Made by a program: the position numbers and the translations under genes. From Halocafeteria seosinensis (Eukaryota): DNA of 64,000 nucleotides. Positions 12,409 through 24,661 of the stretch are shown in pieces. A model generated the notes under the pieces. That model was not told the DNA's origin. It ran no database searches and was given only the letters and a program-made list of their open reading frames with translations. Positions within the stretch are counted from its first letter, which is position 1. Each line of letters opens with the position of its first letter. The DNA is taken from NCBI GenBank assembly GCA_001687465.1, contig LVLI01000194.1, positions 62,001 through 126,000 of the forward strand, written 5' to 3'.

Positions 12409-13744
12409 TCAAAGCCCATTTCTTTGCACAAATGCATACTGTCTTCGAGCCGTATGAGCCGCTTGGTTCTTAAAATGGGCCCGGGGTATGTGATGGGTGT
12501 AATTCTGTAGCCACTCGTGGTCTAGTATAAAGTCGTGTCCATCGCCTTCGATCGTGCTTAGTCTCATAGATGGATCCCAATCTACAAGTCGATCAATAAA
12601 ATCTTTCGCATTTTCTGAGATGCTATCAACTCTCCAGAGGAACTCTCGCATTTCTTCAAGGCGCTCATGCGTTTCAATGGGTTTAGCGTTTGCGGACCCA
12701 CCGAATACCATCAGGTATAGAATACGCCCCAGAGAAAACATATCGGCATGGCGTCCGTTGTAGCAAGTGTTATCCGTATACATTTCGGGGGGCATGTACA
12801 TGGCTTTTCCAACACTGCAAGAGAAACATGGGAAATTGATGCAACCGGTTAGAACCTTCTCGCAAATTAGACCACGTACGCGCCGATATTCGCGGGAAAT
12901 TTGGATATCAGCGGATAATCATCCGCGACTCCAAAGTCAGGTACAATGATCTTTTGATAGTTGTCCGTTAGAAGGATATTCTCCAAGGACAAATCCCGAT
13001 GGCAAATTCCTCGAGAGTGGAGATACATAACAGCTGTACGTGCAATCAACAATATCTGTCAGGCAGTGCAAGCGACCGCGCCAGTACTACTTACCATGCA
13101 GAATTTGGCAGAATATGTACTTGGCTTCTTCTTCAGTCAGATTGCCACGGTCATTGACGAATCCCAACAAATCTCCATTAGAAGCATACTCAAGAATCGT
13201 ATAGTAATGTTGCTGGCCCGGGTGAGCATCTTTCAGTTGCAGGTAATCTACTAAGCTTAGAATATAATGTCGCCCTCCAAAGTGTCGAAGTACTTTAAGT
13301 TCCGTGTCAGGATCCTCGCGAGTTGATATTAGATTACCGTGGTGTCTGCTGTAGCATAAATTCTCGATCGTACCATTCGGTAGGACTCTTCTTACCAGGC
13401 AACCCTGCTTGCCAAGAACGAAACCACTACGCTCCATAACAATAGGTTCTGGCAGCCATTGTTGGAATTACACATACCTGATGCATCGTTTTCACTGCCA
13501 CTGGCACTCCACTTCCTTCCGTGTACGCCTTATCAACGGGACCCATCTGGGCGTCTTGCAGGTGACGTTGTCCTAGATACGCCTTCCCAGTGGTTTTATT
13601 TTCGAGTCGATACTGTGGGCGATGAGACACCGGACCTCCCCGGGTAAGTCTCATTGACATCCCACCGAATTCCAAGCTGCAGTCTGTCGGCTTTAAGTTG
13701 GGAAGATCCTTCAAACGCAAGGGGACCTCGCCTGTAGCTGCCAT
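12409..13744 (-). CDS. Ser/Thr protein kinase (CAMK-like, HRDLSLEN type)
   Basis: VAVK, ELKVL (alphaC Glu), [31 protein letters not shown]. Four introns give an intact frame. Confidence 0.9.
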
Positions 13745-14164
13745 CTTTCTCCGCGATATGAGCTCTGCACTCGAAAATGAGCGTTTACAAGAAAGTCTGC
13801 GACCGTAGGGCGGTAATAGAACCCCGTCGGCACAATTCACGCCCAATTCGGTACTCTTTCCGCTATCCGCAACGGCAAGTCGATGCGGGAGAATACGATG
13901 AATGCAACCTCGACCGTGGGAAATCCAACCGCTGCGAACGGCAAGCTATTATGCTTGGATTCTAGTGAAGGGACATCCAGAGATCGCACGTCCGGGCCGA
14001 GCGCCCGGATCGTGCAGATGTCCAATACGCACGCACGTAAGCAGCTGTGTATACTATGCAGCTGGTGAGTAGAATCGTATACCTTCGTATTTCATTTGAT
14101 AGTAGAGTCAGACTCGACGGGACAGGTTTTAGGTGTGCAAAGAGCTTAACGGCTGGGTATCGCG

Positions 14165-16608
14165 ATGAGCTGTGAAGAGGCGCTACGATTCCAGGTACGT
14201 GTCGACAGCGCATTACTCCCTGTTGCCTCCAAGCAACAGGGAGTTTGATGTGATGACTTTGGGCATCTACATTGCACGGGGGTACCACCTCGTTTTTGCC
14301 CTTGATACAGGCACTGGAGACTCTGATTAACACGGAATTCTGGGTGGAACTTCGTCAGAAAAAGTTGAATGAATGGAAACTAGATAATACGGCCAAGGTA
14401 AGAAGTGCCCCTCCTCCGGTTGCCTTTGTTGCTAGGCAGTATTCAATTTGAGCATGTTTGCCGATTCAGACGATTACGGGGATGTTATTGTTGCCATGTG
14501 GATCGAGAACGGTGGGCCACTTCACTCTCAGAAAGGATTCCTTCACAACTCCCATAGAGATAGCTCGGTACAGTATGGAAGAGATACCACTGCAGGGAGA
14601 AATCATCCCCGTTAACACGTTGAACGAATTCAGACGGTTGGATAAGAAAGAACTTGTCAATAGGAAATGTGAGGAACTACTGAAAGCGATGGTAGACTCG
14701 GATGACATTCTTGCGCACCCGGAGAAGTTGTGTGGTGGTTTCCTCTGCCTCACATTCGCAGATTTGGCAAACCATACGTTCGTCTATTGGTTCTGCTTTC
14801 CAACTCTAGTACCCGACAAAGGGTTTTGCTTTGAGTCAAGCCAAAATGTTGACGATGTTTTGAGTGTCGAAGAAGTGGAGGCAACGGAGCACTTCCTGCG
14901 CTCTCAGCGGGATAGCAGGACGTTCAATCCTTTGGCTTTCGTTATAGAACGCGAGAGCAATGGAAGTCGCTGGGAGCCTCACCATTTAACTGATTTGAGG
15001 AATCGCCAAGTAGAGGAGGTACGCATGCAAGCCGAAAATGATAATATTATCTTCGCAACGATGGACACAGGGGAAGCAACCAGTGGAGACATGGCTGGTA
15101 CTTTATGTCGAAACGTATTGGCTTTCATCGTGATTCGATATCGCATTCGAAGAATCAGACTGTTACTTTGTCGATTGGATAGGAGGGGTAATGTAATCAG
15201 GTATTCTGACACTAATAACTCGTTTTTCACCAGTGTCAGCTGCGAAGCGAATTGCGAAATACCGAACGAGGTCTCGATCCCTGAAGGATGGAATGCTTCA
15301 GGATGGCAACTGAACAAGAGGGGCAATCCTGGCCCTCGCACAACTGATTTAAGGTCTGTGATGGATCCACAAAAGCTGGCTTATGAGTCAGTTTTCTTGA
15401 ATCTAAGTCTAATGAAATGGAGGGCCATGCCCTCCCTTGACATAGAAGGACACAAAGAGCAGCGCTGTCTCCTGTTGGGAGCAGGTACGTACGACCCAAC
15501 ACAGTTTTATGATCAATTTTCTTCAATAAAGGAACATCATGGACAGGTACATTAGGTTGCAACGTGGCAAGGGTTCTTTTGGGATGGGGTTTTCAGAAGA
15601 TAACGTTTGTGGACTCAGGGAGCGTGAGTTATTCGAACCCGGTCCGTCAACCGCTCTTTGAGTTTTCTGATGCTTTTAGAGACGGACCAGCCCGGCGAAA
15701 AGTAGATGCCGCTGCTGATACAATGAGTAGGATATTTCCAGGTGTAGAAGCAAATGGAGTGCATCTGTCGATACCAATGCCTGGGCATACTGATTCCTCA
15801 ACAGTAAGTGTGTGTTTTCACGCTAAACTAACCTGACAAAGTGTCGAGAAATTCCTCCTCCTTATTGCAGGAAACGGATACGCGAGATAGTTGTCAGCAG
15901 CTCTTGAATCTAATAAGTGGACACGACATTGTTTTTCTTCTTACGGATACTCGAGAAAGGTAATATTCATATTGTCATCAGTTGAACATTCAGTGGTGTG
16001 TAGTTGACACTTGATTTACGTGCAGCCGATGGCTTCCTACCCTGATATGCTCATCCCTGAAGAAACCCCTCCTGAATGTAGCTTTAGGATTCGATACGTT
16101 TCTCGTAATGCGCCATGGCGTACGTTCGCCGGAGGAGACGAACAGCCACTTGGGCTGCTACTTCTGCAGCGATGTCGTAGCGCCCGTAAATTCTGTTCGA
16201 GACCAAACGCTCGATCAACAGTGTACCGTCACTAGGCCAGGACTCGCTCCAATCGCCGCATCTATGGCGGTCGAGCTACTGGTAAACTGTTTGCACCACC
16301 CCGACGGTTTCCATGCTCTTGCAGAGGATTCTCAAGAGTTGCTCGAAACACCCCAACAGCACCTGGGAATCGTACCGCATCAGCTACGAGGGTACCTTAG
16401 CCATTTTTCTACTATCCCATTGTTCTCCCAAGCATTTGACAAGTGCACAGCGTGTTCACGTGCGGTGACGGGCGCCTTTGAACAAGATCAGCTCGACTTC
16501 GTTGTCAAAGCCTTGCAGGAACCGGAGACCGTATTAGAGGATATTTCGGGTCTCAGTCAGCTGAAAAAGGAACTAGATGAGAGTAATTTTATATGGGATT
16601 CAGAATAG
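14165..16608 (+). CDS. ATG7: Autophagy E1-like activating enzyme ATG7
   Basis: [93 protein letters not shown], catalytic [22 protein letters not shown]. First intron 14195-14310. Confidence 0.96.
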
Positions 16609-16629
16609 GCCGCAGCTACGTGCACGTAC

Positions 16630-17953
16630 CTATATGCTACAGAGGTGCTCACATTTTTCAATGGTTTTGATTGCCAGTGCAGAAAGTATAGGCCATTTGT
16701 CGCGTATTTCTGAACTAGTAAACTTGAAGCACCATCTGTTTATGCCTTCATTGTCGTCGAACAACGCGTTTTGAAGGCCGATTCTCTGCTCTCGGATCTG
16801 CCTTGGCTGAATACCGACGGCATTTTCGGCAGTAGAATAGCTTACCAAGTAAGATACAAAATCTTCAATGATGTGAAAGATTTGGATTACAATGGCCGCT
16901 AGAGATTCTTCCGTGGTTACATCTATGTTCGTTGATAAGAGTTTGTCGTAGCATTCCTCGATGATGTCTGATAGCGATCTGAGCACTCCAGCGATGCAGC
17001 AGTGTATCACGGGGCCAACTTCTTGATTCCCGGAAGACAGCTTCAGAGACAACTTATAGCATTCTTTCCAAATCGTGATTATTCCTGTGCATTAGGAGTG
17101 TTGAAGGTAAATTTGCCGACGCACTCGGTCGACAACAAGGTTCTTACCATTGTTGACCCGCTGGCTCTTCAGTTCGAAAAAGGCAAACTCTTGATCGTCG
17201 TTTTCTAGTTTGAAATCTTCTGCTACTATGAAGGCACGGGAGCATTGCTTAAAGAAACGAAGCAGCGTCTGAGCAACAGCCTGGAGATCTTGTCGAAATG
17301 CAAGGTCTAGTGTTGGAGCCATTGCTGCGCCTCGGGGGATGTTAGCAATCCGTAAGAACCACATCATTCTTGAGAGACGAAACTCTGGCCGCTGGACGCT
17401 TACCTCTGTACTTTTGTACCACGCTAGCTTGGAATTTCTCAAGTGTTATTTCGCGATCTTGGTGGATGAAAGCAAACAGCGTAGATACCAAATCCTGTGT
17501 TGGTATGATTTTGCAAGGAAAAGTCCACAGCGGCCTACGACGACAGTATGAGAACTTACCACTAGAAAGGGTCGAACCGCAGTATTAGTGGAAACAATTC
17601 CGAAGTGGGCCCTGGCAGACTTGAGGAGCTGAGACAACTGGAATCGATTACGCGAAGTGGCCCTCTTGGGCAGCAGCTCACCCTTGTATTGTGCTTCGCC
17701 GAGGTTACTTTGATGAATTGGGTCATCTATGGGAGAACCACTTTCTTGCAGTTGATCCTCGTCATCACTGATAGGCTGGAAAATTCCTCGCGGCTGAAGA
17801 AGCGTGACTGGAGGGAACAGGAATTCATTCTTATAACATATTCGGGCATTTTTTCTCTTCTCGCTTGCACCTACCAGAGAGAGCCAATTTTAGCTTATCT
17901 TGCGTACGCTGTGGCAGATGCTTCCAACTTGCTGTTGTCCTTTGAGACGACAT
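16630..17953 (-). CDS. Hypothetical multi-exon protein
   Basis: A chain of minus-strand ORFs separated by GT...CAG/TAG intron-like gaps, ending at the 16630 stop. No family recognised; the start and exon boundaries are uncertain. Confidence 0.55.
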
Positions 17954-18368
17954 CTTATAGTAGGAGGAACTAGAAGAATTCTTCTTGTGCTTGTGTATTA
18001 CCACTAGTTTGCTGCCTAGCGTGTGTCCATGTACTTTTGTTTCGTACTTGGGATCATGCAATGTGTTACTACAATTATGAATATACCCTCAAAAATTGCG
18101 AACAATTCTTGCATGTAATGCGGCATTCTTACTGGAATCTTGAGAGACACAACTTCAACTTCCTCCCTGAGTCCTTGAAAGCACTACCAGCTGCATTAAA
18201 AGAGGCCAATACCCGGATCTTTGTCATTATGTATCCTTGTCTACTAGAAATACTCAGAGGCACAATCCATACTTTGTGTCTTGCTTCTTAAGAAAGAAAA
18301 AGCCCCTGGGACTCGTTTGTAGCCAGTTGCCTCTGCGGAATAACCGTTAAGACCTTTTGCTGCCTATA

Positions 18369-21092
18369 ATGAGTGAATCAAACTCTACACATAGTTCCTC
18401 GGAGGAGGAGACGACGTCCTCTCATTCGTCCAAGCGTATAAAGGAGAATATGGCTCCGGCGCGCCCCCCAGGGAGACGAAATACAACACGCCCGGACAGT
18501 GGGGAAACTGGAAAAGAGCCAGAAGAAGAGGATACATATTCCGAGGACTTTGACAACAATAATGAAGGGAACACGTACGTAGAAGGGACTCTGACAACGA
18601 TAGCCTTATGGCTGAATGATTGATCCTGTGACGTGTCTTGGTGGCAGACTTACTCCTTCCATGATCATATGGACGCAACTACAAGAAAGCATTAGTATCC
18701 GCGAAGGAATACGACGAAGACTCTTTCGAATGTACAAGAGTATTAAGAAGCGTAAAGTGGATCTTACAGATAATGCATACTGTCAAGGTAGGCTGTGTCG
18801 TGTGTCAGAGATGTCGTAATCTCATTTATATTACTGACTGTTGCGATTTGGCTTCCCAGATGTTATACTGCAAGCATATTTCCTTCGCGCGGCTACTATA
18901 CGAGTAGTTGAGTGCTCAGCCGTAAGTTGATGAGCTCGCCGTAAAACATGTAACCTTTACAACATGCGACTCGATACACGGCTCAAAATAAACGCAGGCA
19001 TATAGGAGGACTGTCGCGCGAGAAATGGATGAAGTGGCTGAAAACGACTCAGAATCGGTATTCGACATTCTATCGAAGTATAGTAAATTGACGTCCGATA
19101 TTGAACAAGACTTAAAGTACAGCACCAGCAAGCTCAGGGAGGCTTCCTTGGCAGCATGCTCCGCAACAAAGGCCCTACTTGAGTATCGCTTCCACGTACT
19201 ACAGCTGCAACACAACGAAGTATCAAACAAGGAGAAAGCCATAATACAGAATTATATTCCGGTTTTCTATAATGGTTCCAACTATATTGAAAACATGCTA
19301 CATGACACAGATTTTTTGGCTGGGAGCGTTGAAATGGTAAGTGGTTCTGTTCCTACAGTAATCCTTTGTACCCTAAATTGTGACACTACCCATTCAGGCA
19401 CAACTATTGAGAATACCAACGTCGAAGCTAACCGCCAATCCGCTAATGCTTCATACTACTCTAAAGCAAAGCTTTGAAATGACAAATTTGTCTGACGCCC
19501 TTCTTCAAATGGTAGAAACTTCTCGGCTCGTGGACTATAGCTCTACGCTGCCATCCGCGTACACCGTCCAACAGAAGGAGGTGTTCGGACAAGCATCAAT
19601 GGAGTTAGTTGATCCATTTACGAGCAACGACAGTCCCCATGTATGGCCATCATCTCTCCCATATATTGCGCAATATGCGGAAGATGGTAATACGAAACCA
19701 CCATTCCAATGCAAGCTTACGCCGGAGTACGCAGAAATGGAAGACGTAGACGTGGTACATGCTTTAAAGGAGAAGGCAGGAAGGCTTCTCGTTCATTGGG
19801 CCAGGACTGAACTTGCCCATCGCTACTTATCCATGGAGATGCCAGACGTCCAGCGGTATAATAAGGTCTATGGAAACGTAGAATTTTCAGAAAATCGCGG
19901 CAGCAAGTTTTCAAGACACCATGCAGCAGGCTTACTAACTTCGAGTAAACTGAGGGACAGAAAAGCGGCAAAGCGGTTTGCAGAGTCCCAATCGTACGCC
20001 TTTGTAGCAACAAACTTACGGAAGCTAGAGCAGCACATTCAACGCGAAAGCGTCCGATCTACAAGTATATCGCGGAGGACAACTCAGCAGGAAAGAATCA
20101 ACTCCGACCTCCTGCGGGCAAAAACTGCTTATCGTAAGCATACTAAAGATTACATCGCACCAGTATCTATAGCAGCGTTGACCCACAGAGGCTCTCTTGG
20201 AGCTTATGATAACGAAACCGCCAGTTTACGTGTCACGCGTGGTTCACAAAGCGTCGATGATATCAGCAAGTACTTCACCTATCAGAAAAGCGTTATCAAG
20301 CAAAGGGCAAAGGATTCCGATACGACCATGACTAACGGTATGGAAGAGACCTCAATACTTCCGCTCTTGTCTACAACTTTGCTCGACGGATCAACAATGA
20401 CTAGCGAGGACTTTACCGAGAGCCACGCCACCCGCGGCTCCACCGCGCCATCTACTGTGCATCCAGTGACTGAAAAAATAAAAACTCCAAATGAGGCAGT
20501 GCAACAATCCTACTCCGACGAGACTAATGGATCACTGTTCGCATCATACTGGCAATACCCCAGTGTTGATGGACTATCTGCACCATCATGTGGGACCCAT
20601 CAAGCAAGCGAAACCACTAGAGACGTCACCATTAGTAAAATCTTAAAAAATGAGCCTGATTGGGAGTTCATCAACAGCGTTTACCAAATGAGCACCCAAG
20701 AAAATTCTGCGTCTTCGGGTTTGCCAGAAGAAGAAACAGAAGTCTCAGCACGGGAGTGGTTCCGTCCCTCGTACGGTGCGCTCTCGGTTGAAAATTTCAC
20801 AAAGAGGGTAAAGTCACGTCTGTCGAAGTTGCGGAAGGCAATATACGATCAGGAGCTAGCCGGAATGACTACGACCATCACTCCGAGCAATTTACCTGAA
20901 GGAAGTGCAGATTCAATGTCATCCAGGGAAATAGAGGGCCAAGAGCCTCCCGAAGATAGAGAGTCCGTAAAAGAGGAACATATCGTGTTGCCGCCTATGC
21001 GAGCGTCTCATGAATTCGCTACAGCACTTATGGAAGCAAAGCGCGCCATTCATGTGATGAGAAAGTTGACCCCTAAGTACTGCGGGAAGTGA
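18369..21092 (+). CDS. Hypothetical protein with a conserved-looking N-terminal helical block and a long low-complexity C-terminus
   Basis: ORFs at 18357, 18616, 19025 and 19380-21092 are joined by GT-AG introns. Block LREASL...PVFYNGSNYIENMLHDTDFL...NPLML. Confidence 0.7.
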
Positions 21093-22389
21093 TGTTCTTC
21101 CACGGATACAGCGAGAACAGTGATAGCACCAACGCCAGAAGCAGAGGCATCCAGGGGGGAAGATACACAGACAAAAAGTAGTCAACGGGAGCATAAGAGC
21201 GCCTTCTAATTTCACGTTTCCACCCTTGCACTGACCGTAAGAGTTGAGCCGATGCTTCTACCGGAACAGTATCCTTCGGGTTTCGATCACCCACGTAAAA
21301 CGTGCCGAGTCGTTCCAAGATTCTATCAAGTTTCGTCCAAAACTCCGGATCATCGTCGATGACATCCCCTTTCGATGTTCTCAGCAGATTTATGGCATCC
21401 AGAAGGTTATCTTGGACTGACTGTAGGAGGACCCCTAGGATGAGTTTCTTGAAGGCTGTCTTCTCCTTGTGCTCTGGACCCGAATATGAGCTGTCGATCT
21501 GAGCAGATCCTCTTTCTTCTACAGGGACATACACAGTAGAGTTTCTTTCCTGTTCGGATGAAATAATCTGCATAAGGCCGGGTATTGGGTTTCCGACAGT
21601 ATGTGTCATCAGGCTTTTGACGAAAGAATTTAAGATGAGCGAAGTATTCACAGGAACACTGTTGCATAACCTTAACGCTCCAAAACCCTTCAAATGTGCC
21701 ACCATTTTAAGTTCATCCGAAGCATTTCCTTCACTGACAAAGTATAACGGCCGACAGTGAAGACCGGGCACGAGTACGACGAAGTGAAATGTAGCCGGGT
21801 TGCCCTCACCAGCATTTGGAAGCCACCCTGCATTAATCTGTTCAAAATCTGCAACCTCCTCTGTCGTGTACACTGAAATCTTGCTTCCATTCACCACACG
21901 CTGTGTCGGCGCTCTATCAGACACCCGTACATGCGCCACGCGAGTAGAGGTAACACTGAGTCTCGCGCCGAAAGTCAGTCTCCACGCCTCCTGAATGCCT
22001 CCCAGTGCCTCTGTCAACTCCTCCAAATATGCGTTGGATAAATCGTTGGGTCCCGCGGAAAAGGTAATATGCGCATCTAGCTTGTGATGAACGCGTATAT
22101 TGGTATCCTTTGTCCTCTGAATCCATTCCAGCATCTCTTGGTGGTTCTTGCCATCATCTTGCAGCAGCGCCACAGCTCGGTCTCTCATTACACTAGCAAT
22201 ATCTTCCTTGAATACACTCCGCATATTGGATATTGCCCTCTCTACTTGCGGTTCTATATTGTAGGAATGCTCTACATCTTGGTGGAGCCATAAATACGCG
22301 AAACTTCCACAGATAACGAGACAAAACCAGGCATGCGACAGCCTATACGGCGTTAAACTGAGTCCCGCGTACGACGAAGAATCCACCAT
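21073..22389 (-). CDS. PIGS: GPI transamidase subunit PIG-S (GPI17)-like
   Basis: N-terminal TM, central TFHFVVLVPG..RPL...GFGALRLCN (compare PIG-S LNFVLYVP..PL...WGGVVILN) and C-terminal YAPVDYFLSVYLPPWMPLLLAL TM (compare FPDEHKYAVYLP). Single exon. Confidence 0.62.
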   Translation of the reverse strand: MVDSSSYAGLSLTPYRLSHAWFCLVICGSFAYLWLHQDVEHSYNIEPQVERAISNMRSVFKEDIASVMRDRAVALLQDDGKNHQEMLEWIQRTKDTNIRVHHKLDAHITFSAGPNDLSNAYLEELTEALGGIQEAWRLTFGARLSVTSTRVAHVRVSDRAPTQRVVNGSKISVYTTEEVADFEQINAGWLPNAGEGNPATFHFVVLVPGLHCRPLYFVSEGNASDELKMVAHLKGFGALRLCNSVPVNTSLILNSFVKSLMTHTVGNPIPGLMQIISSEQERNSTVYVPVEERGSAQIDSSYSGPEHKEKTAFKKLILGVLLQSVQDNLLDAINLLRTSKGDVIDDDPEFWTKLDRILERLGTFYVGDRNPKDTVPVEASAQLLRSVQGWKREIRRRSYAPVDYFLSVYLPPWMPLLLALVLSLFSLYPWKNITSRST

Positions 22390-22867
22390 TACTATTGAAA
22401 ATGCTTCCCTTCAGACAACGGAAGCAAAACTTATCAAAGCTTCTAATTCATCCCAATGTGACAATATTAATGGCTTCATAACACTTATTCCAAACTTGAA
22501 ATCCGGTTCACAAGGATTCTGATCATCAGAATCCAATGTGGAAGGTGCAATATATATCCGATGGTACAACTACACAAGCGCTTCCTCCCGCGCATACGCA
22601 CGGACCATACTTAAGCTCCTGAAGAACATGAGAATTAAAGCAACTCACCTTGCTATTCAGTATGCTTTGGTTTCTTCAAGATAAACACGCGCTACTGGAG
22701 TCAAAGCTGAAACGCTTCAGCGCTGGACGCGTTGTTCGTACTCACCTCGACTGAACTAGAAATGAACGCAATGCCAGTGTTGATTGAAATACCATAATAT
22801 AAGACATACTTTAGCGAATTATTTTGGTTGCAGTATCAAAAGACCACACGAGTGGCACGTTGGGAGG

Positions 22868-24308
22868 ATGGCCCCTAGCGTTCTGATTTGCTCAATTGTC
22901 TTGAGCTTGATCACAGCCTCTTTAGCGGCTGAGCAAACAGAATGCAGAGCCCAATGCAAACCATCTAAGGAACTCGTAAGACTGTATATTGCAGCAAAGC
23001 CTCTGCTATGCATAACCACGCTCATCTAATGTTCTCATTGCAGCTCAGTGAGAAGTGCATGCGCTACAAATTCAGTCGTCCACAACCTAGAGTACGTCTT
23101 GCGTATGCCACGTATTACACTCTCCGACAGCACATTTATATACGCTACTGGGAGTCAGATCTATGAAATTTGTCAACATGGATTTAGACGGGCCTTTGAA
23201 CATGTTTGCAATGAAATATGCGAGAACGAAAAGCCTATTTCGTTTACTCCAAAGCAAGCAACTGCTCTACGTAAAACAATTTGCTTAAAATACAAAACGA
23301 TGATACCGCGACCATCGATGCATAATGTCTGCTCGGACGGTAAGTCTTTTAAGGTAGCACGCTGACACTCACAATTGATAAAAATGGGGATGTTTCTTGC
23401 TGACATCAGGGTTTGATAGAGCAATCAGTGTGGCCAAAGAGTTCGCGGTAGCGACCTTTCTGCAGCCTAAACGGGATACAACAGAAGGAATTGCAAACTT
23501 AGAGACAACGGCTGAAGAACCAGCCAGCCCGGAAAATCAGGCTCATGAGGATCATTCTGTCCCAGTGGAGTCCCAAGAAAGAGTACCGAAGATGGGAACT
23601 ACAGAAGACCAAAAGGCAGGAGATTCTGAAGCAGCTGAAGAGAAGACGCATTCGAACCCCAACGGTGGTGCAAAGCCTGACAATGAAGGGGAAGCCGAAG
23701 AAGCTACGGAGAACGCCCCCGCTCAGGACAACTCTGACAAAGCACCAGTCGGCAGTTCCTCCAAGAGTCCCAAGGAAAAGAATCCGACGAAAAGTTCCAA
23801 GGAAAAGAATCCGACGAAACCTGGCGTGCACGAGAAATCTCGAAAAGCCAATGAGGACAAGGAACAGGCCCCTGCTGAAAAAACTGTGCGTACTAACCAA
23901 GGGAATCCACAGGTGGATAGAAAAATTCCCCAGGAGGCTAACATACGCACGGATATGAACAAAGGTCAGAAAGATGTCCAATCTTCCGAAAGCGCTAGTG
24001 CGAACCCCAGCGAGACAGCAGAAGGAAATCCCAGTGTAACGCAAGATGAAGCTTCACCTCCTGAAGAGGACAAAGAGCATACGGCAGGCGATGTTGCGCA
24101 TGAAGATGTCTCAACTTCTAAACATGAGGCTGTTGAGGAGCAACAATCATCAGGTTCCAAAGAGCATCGACAAGAAACCGGGACAGAAGAAAGAACTTCC
24201 TCAGAAGCTGCATCTTCTGAAACGCTCTTGACAAATGAAGAATCGACGGAAGAGTATGAAAAGAAGACGCCACCAACGGAAGAACCAAAGGAGCAAGAAT
24301 CGGTATAA
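22868..24308 (+). CDS. Secreted Cys-rich protein, paralogue 1, with a long acidic/low-complexity tail
   Basis: Signal peptide MAPSVLICSIVLSLITASLA. Spliced motifs CMRYKFSRPQPRIYEICQHGF and CLKYKTMIPRPSMHNVCSDGF. Introns at about 22976-23043, 23092-23158 and 23340-23410. Confidence 0.8.
23770..23820 (+). repeat. 27-bp in-frame tandem duplication (KEKNPTK x2)
   Basis: ccaaggaaaagaatccgacgaaa occurs twice, 27 bp apart. Confidence 0.85.
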
Positions 24309-24661
24309 ACAAATCCTGCTCTCCGTTATGCTTTTTACCGATTAAAATCCCATATAATATACAATGCGCTTACCACAGCTCTGCTAGTTAAGTTTTGCCT
24401 GGTAACTTATTGGTAGGCCTGGAGCGTCTTGTGAAGTACCCAGTTGCCTGAATTCAAATTCCAGCCGTTTCGCAGCGCATCAGATACCAAGATCGGCCTG
24501 ATATAGTTCGGTACATTAACCACGTTTGACAAAATTTGAGTTGCTGATTTTACATGGAGATCATATAGTGTATACACATTGTAGAGAAGGAGCTAGATAC
24601 GCTAGCACCCCCTTTGATCGACGAAAACATCTTGTTCCAGAAGAAAAGAACGCTGTGCCTG

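Noticed and set aside
13840..13940. Weak resemblance of the minus strand to U1 snRNA (TTTCCCACGGTCGAGG..TTGCA)
   Set aside because: There is no ATACTTACCTG 5' end and no Sm site.
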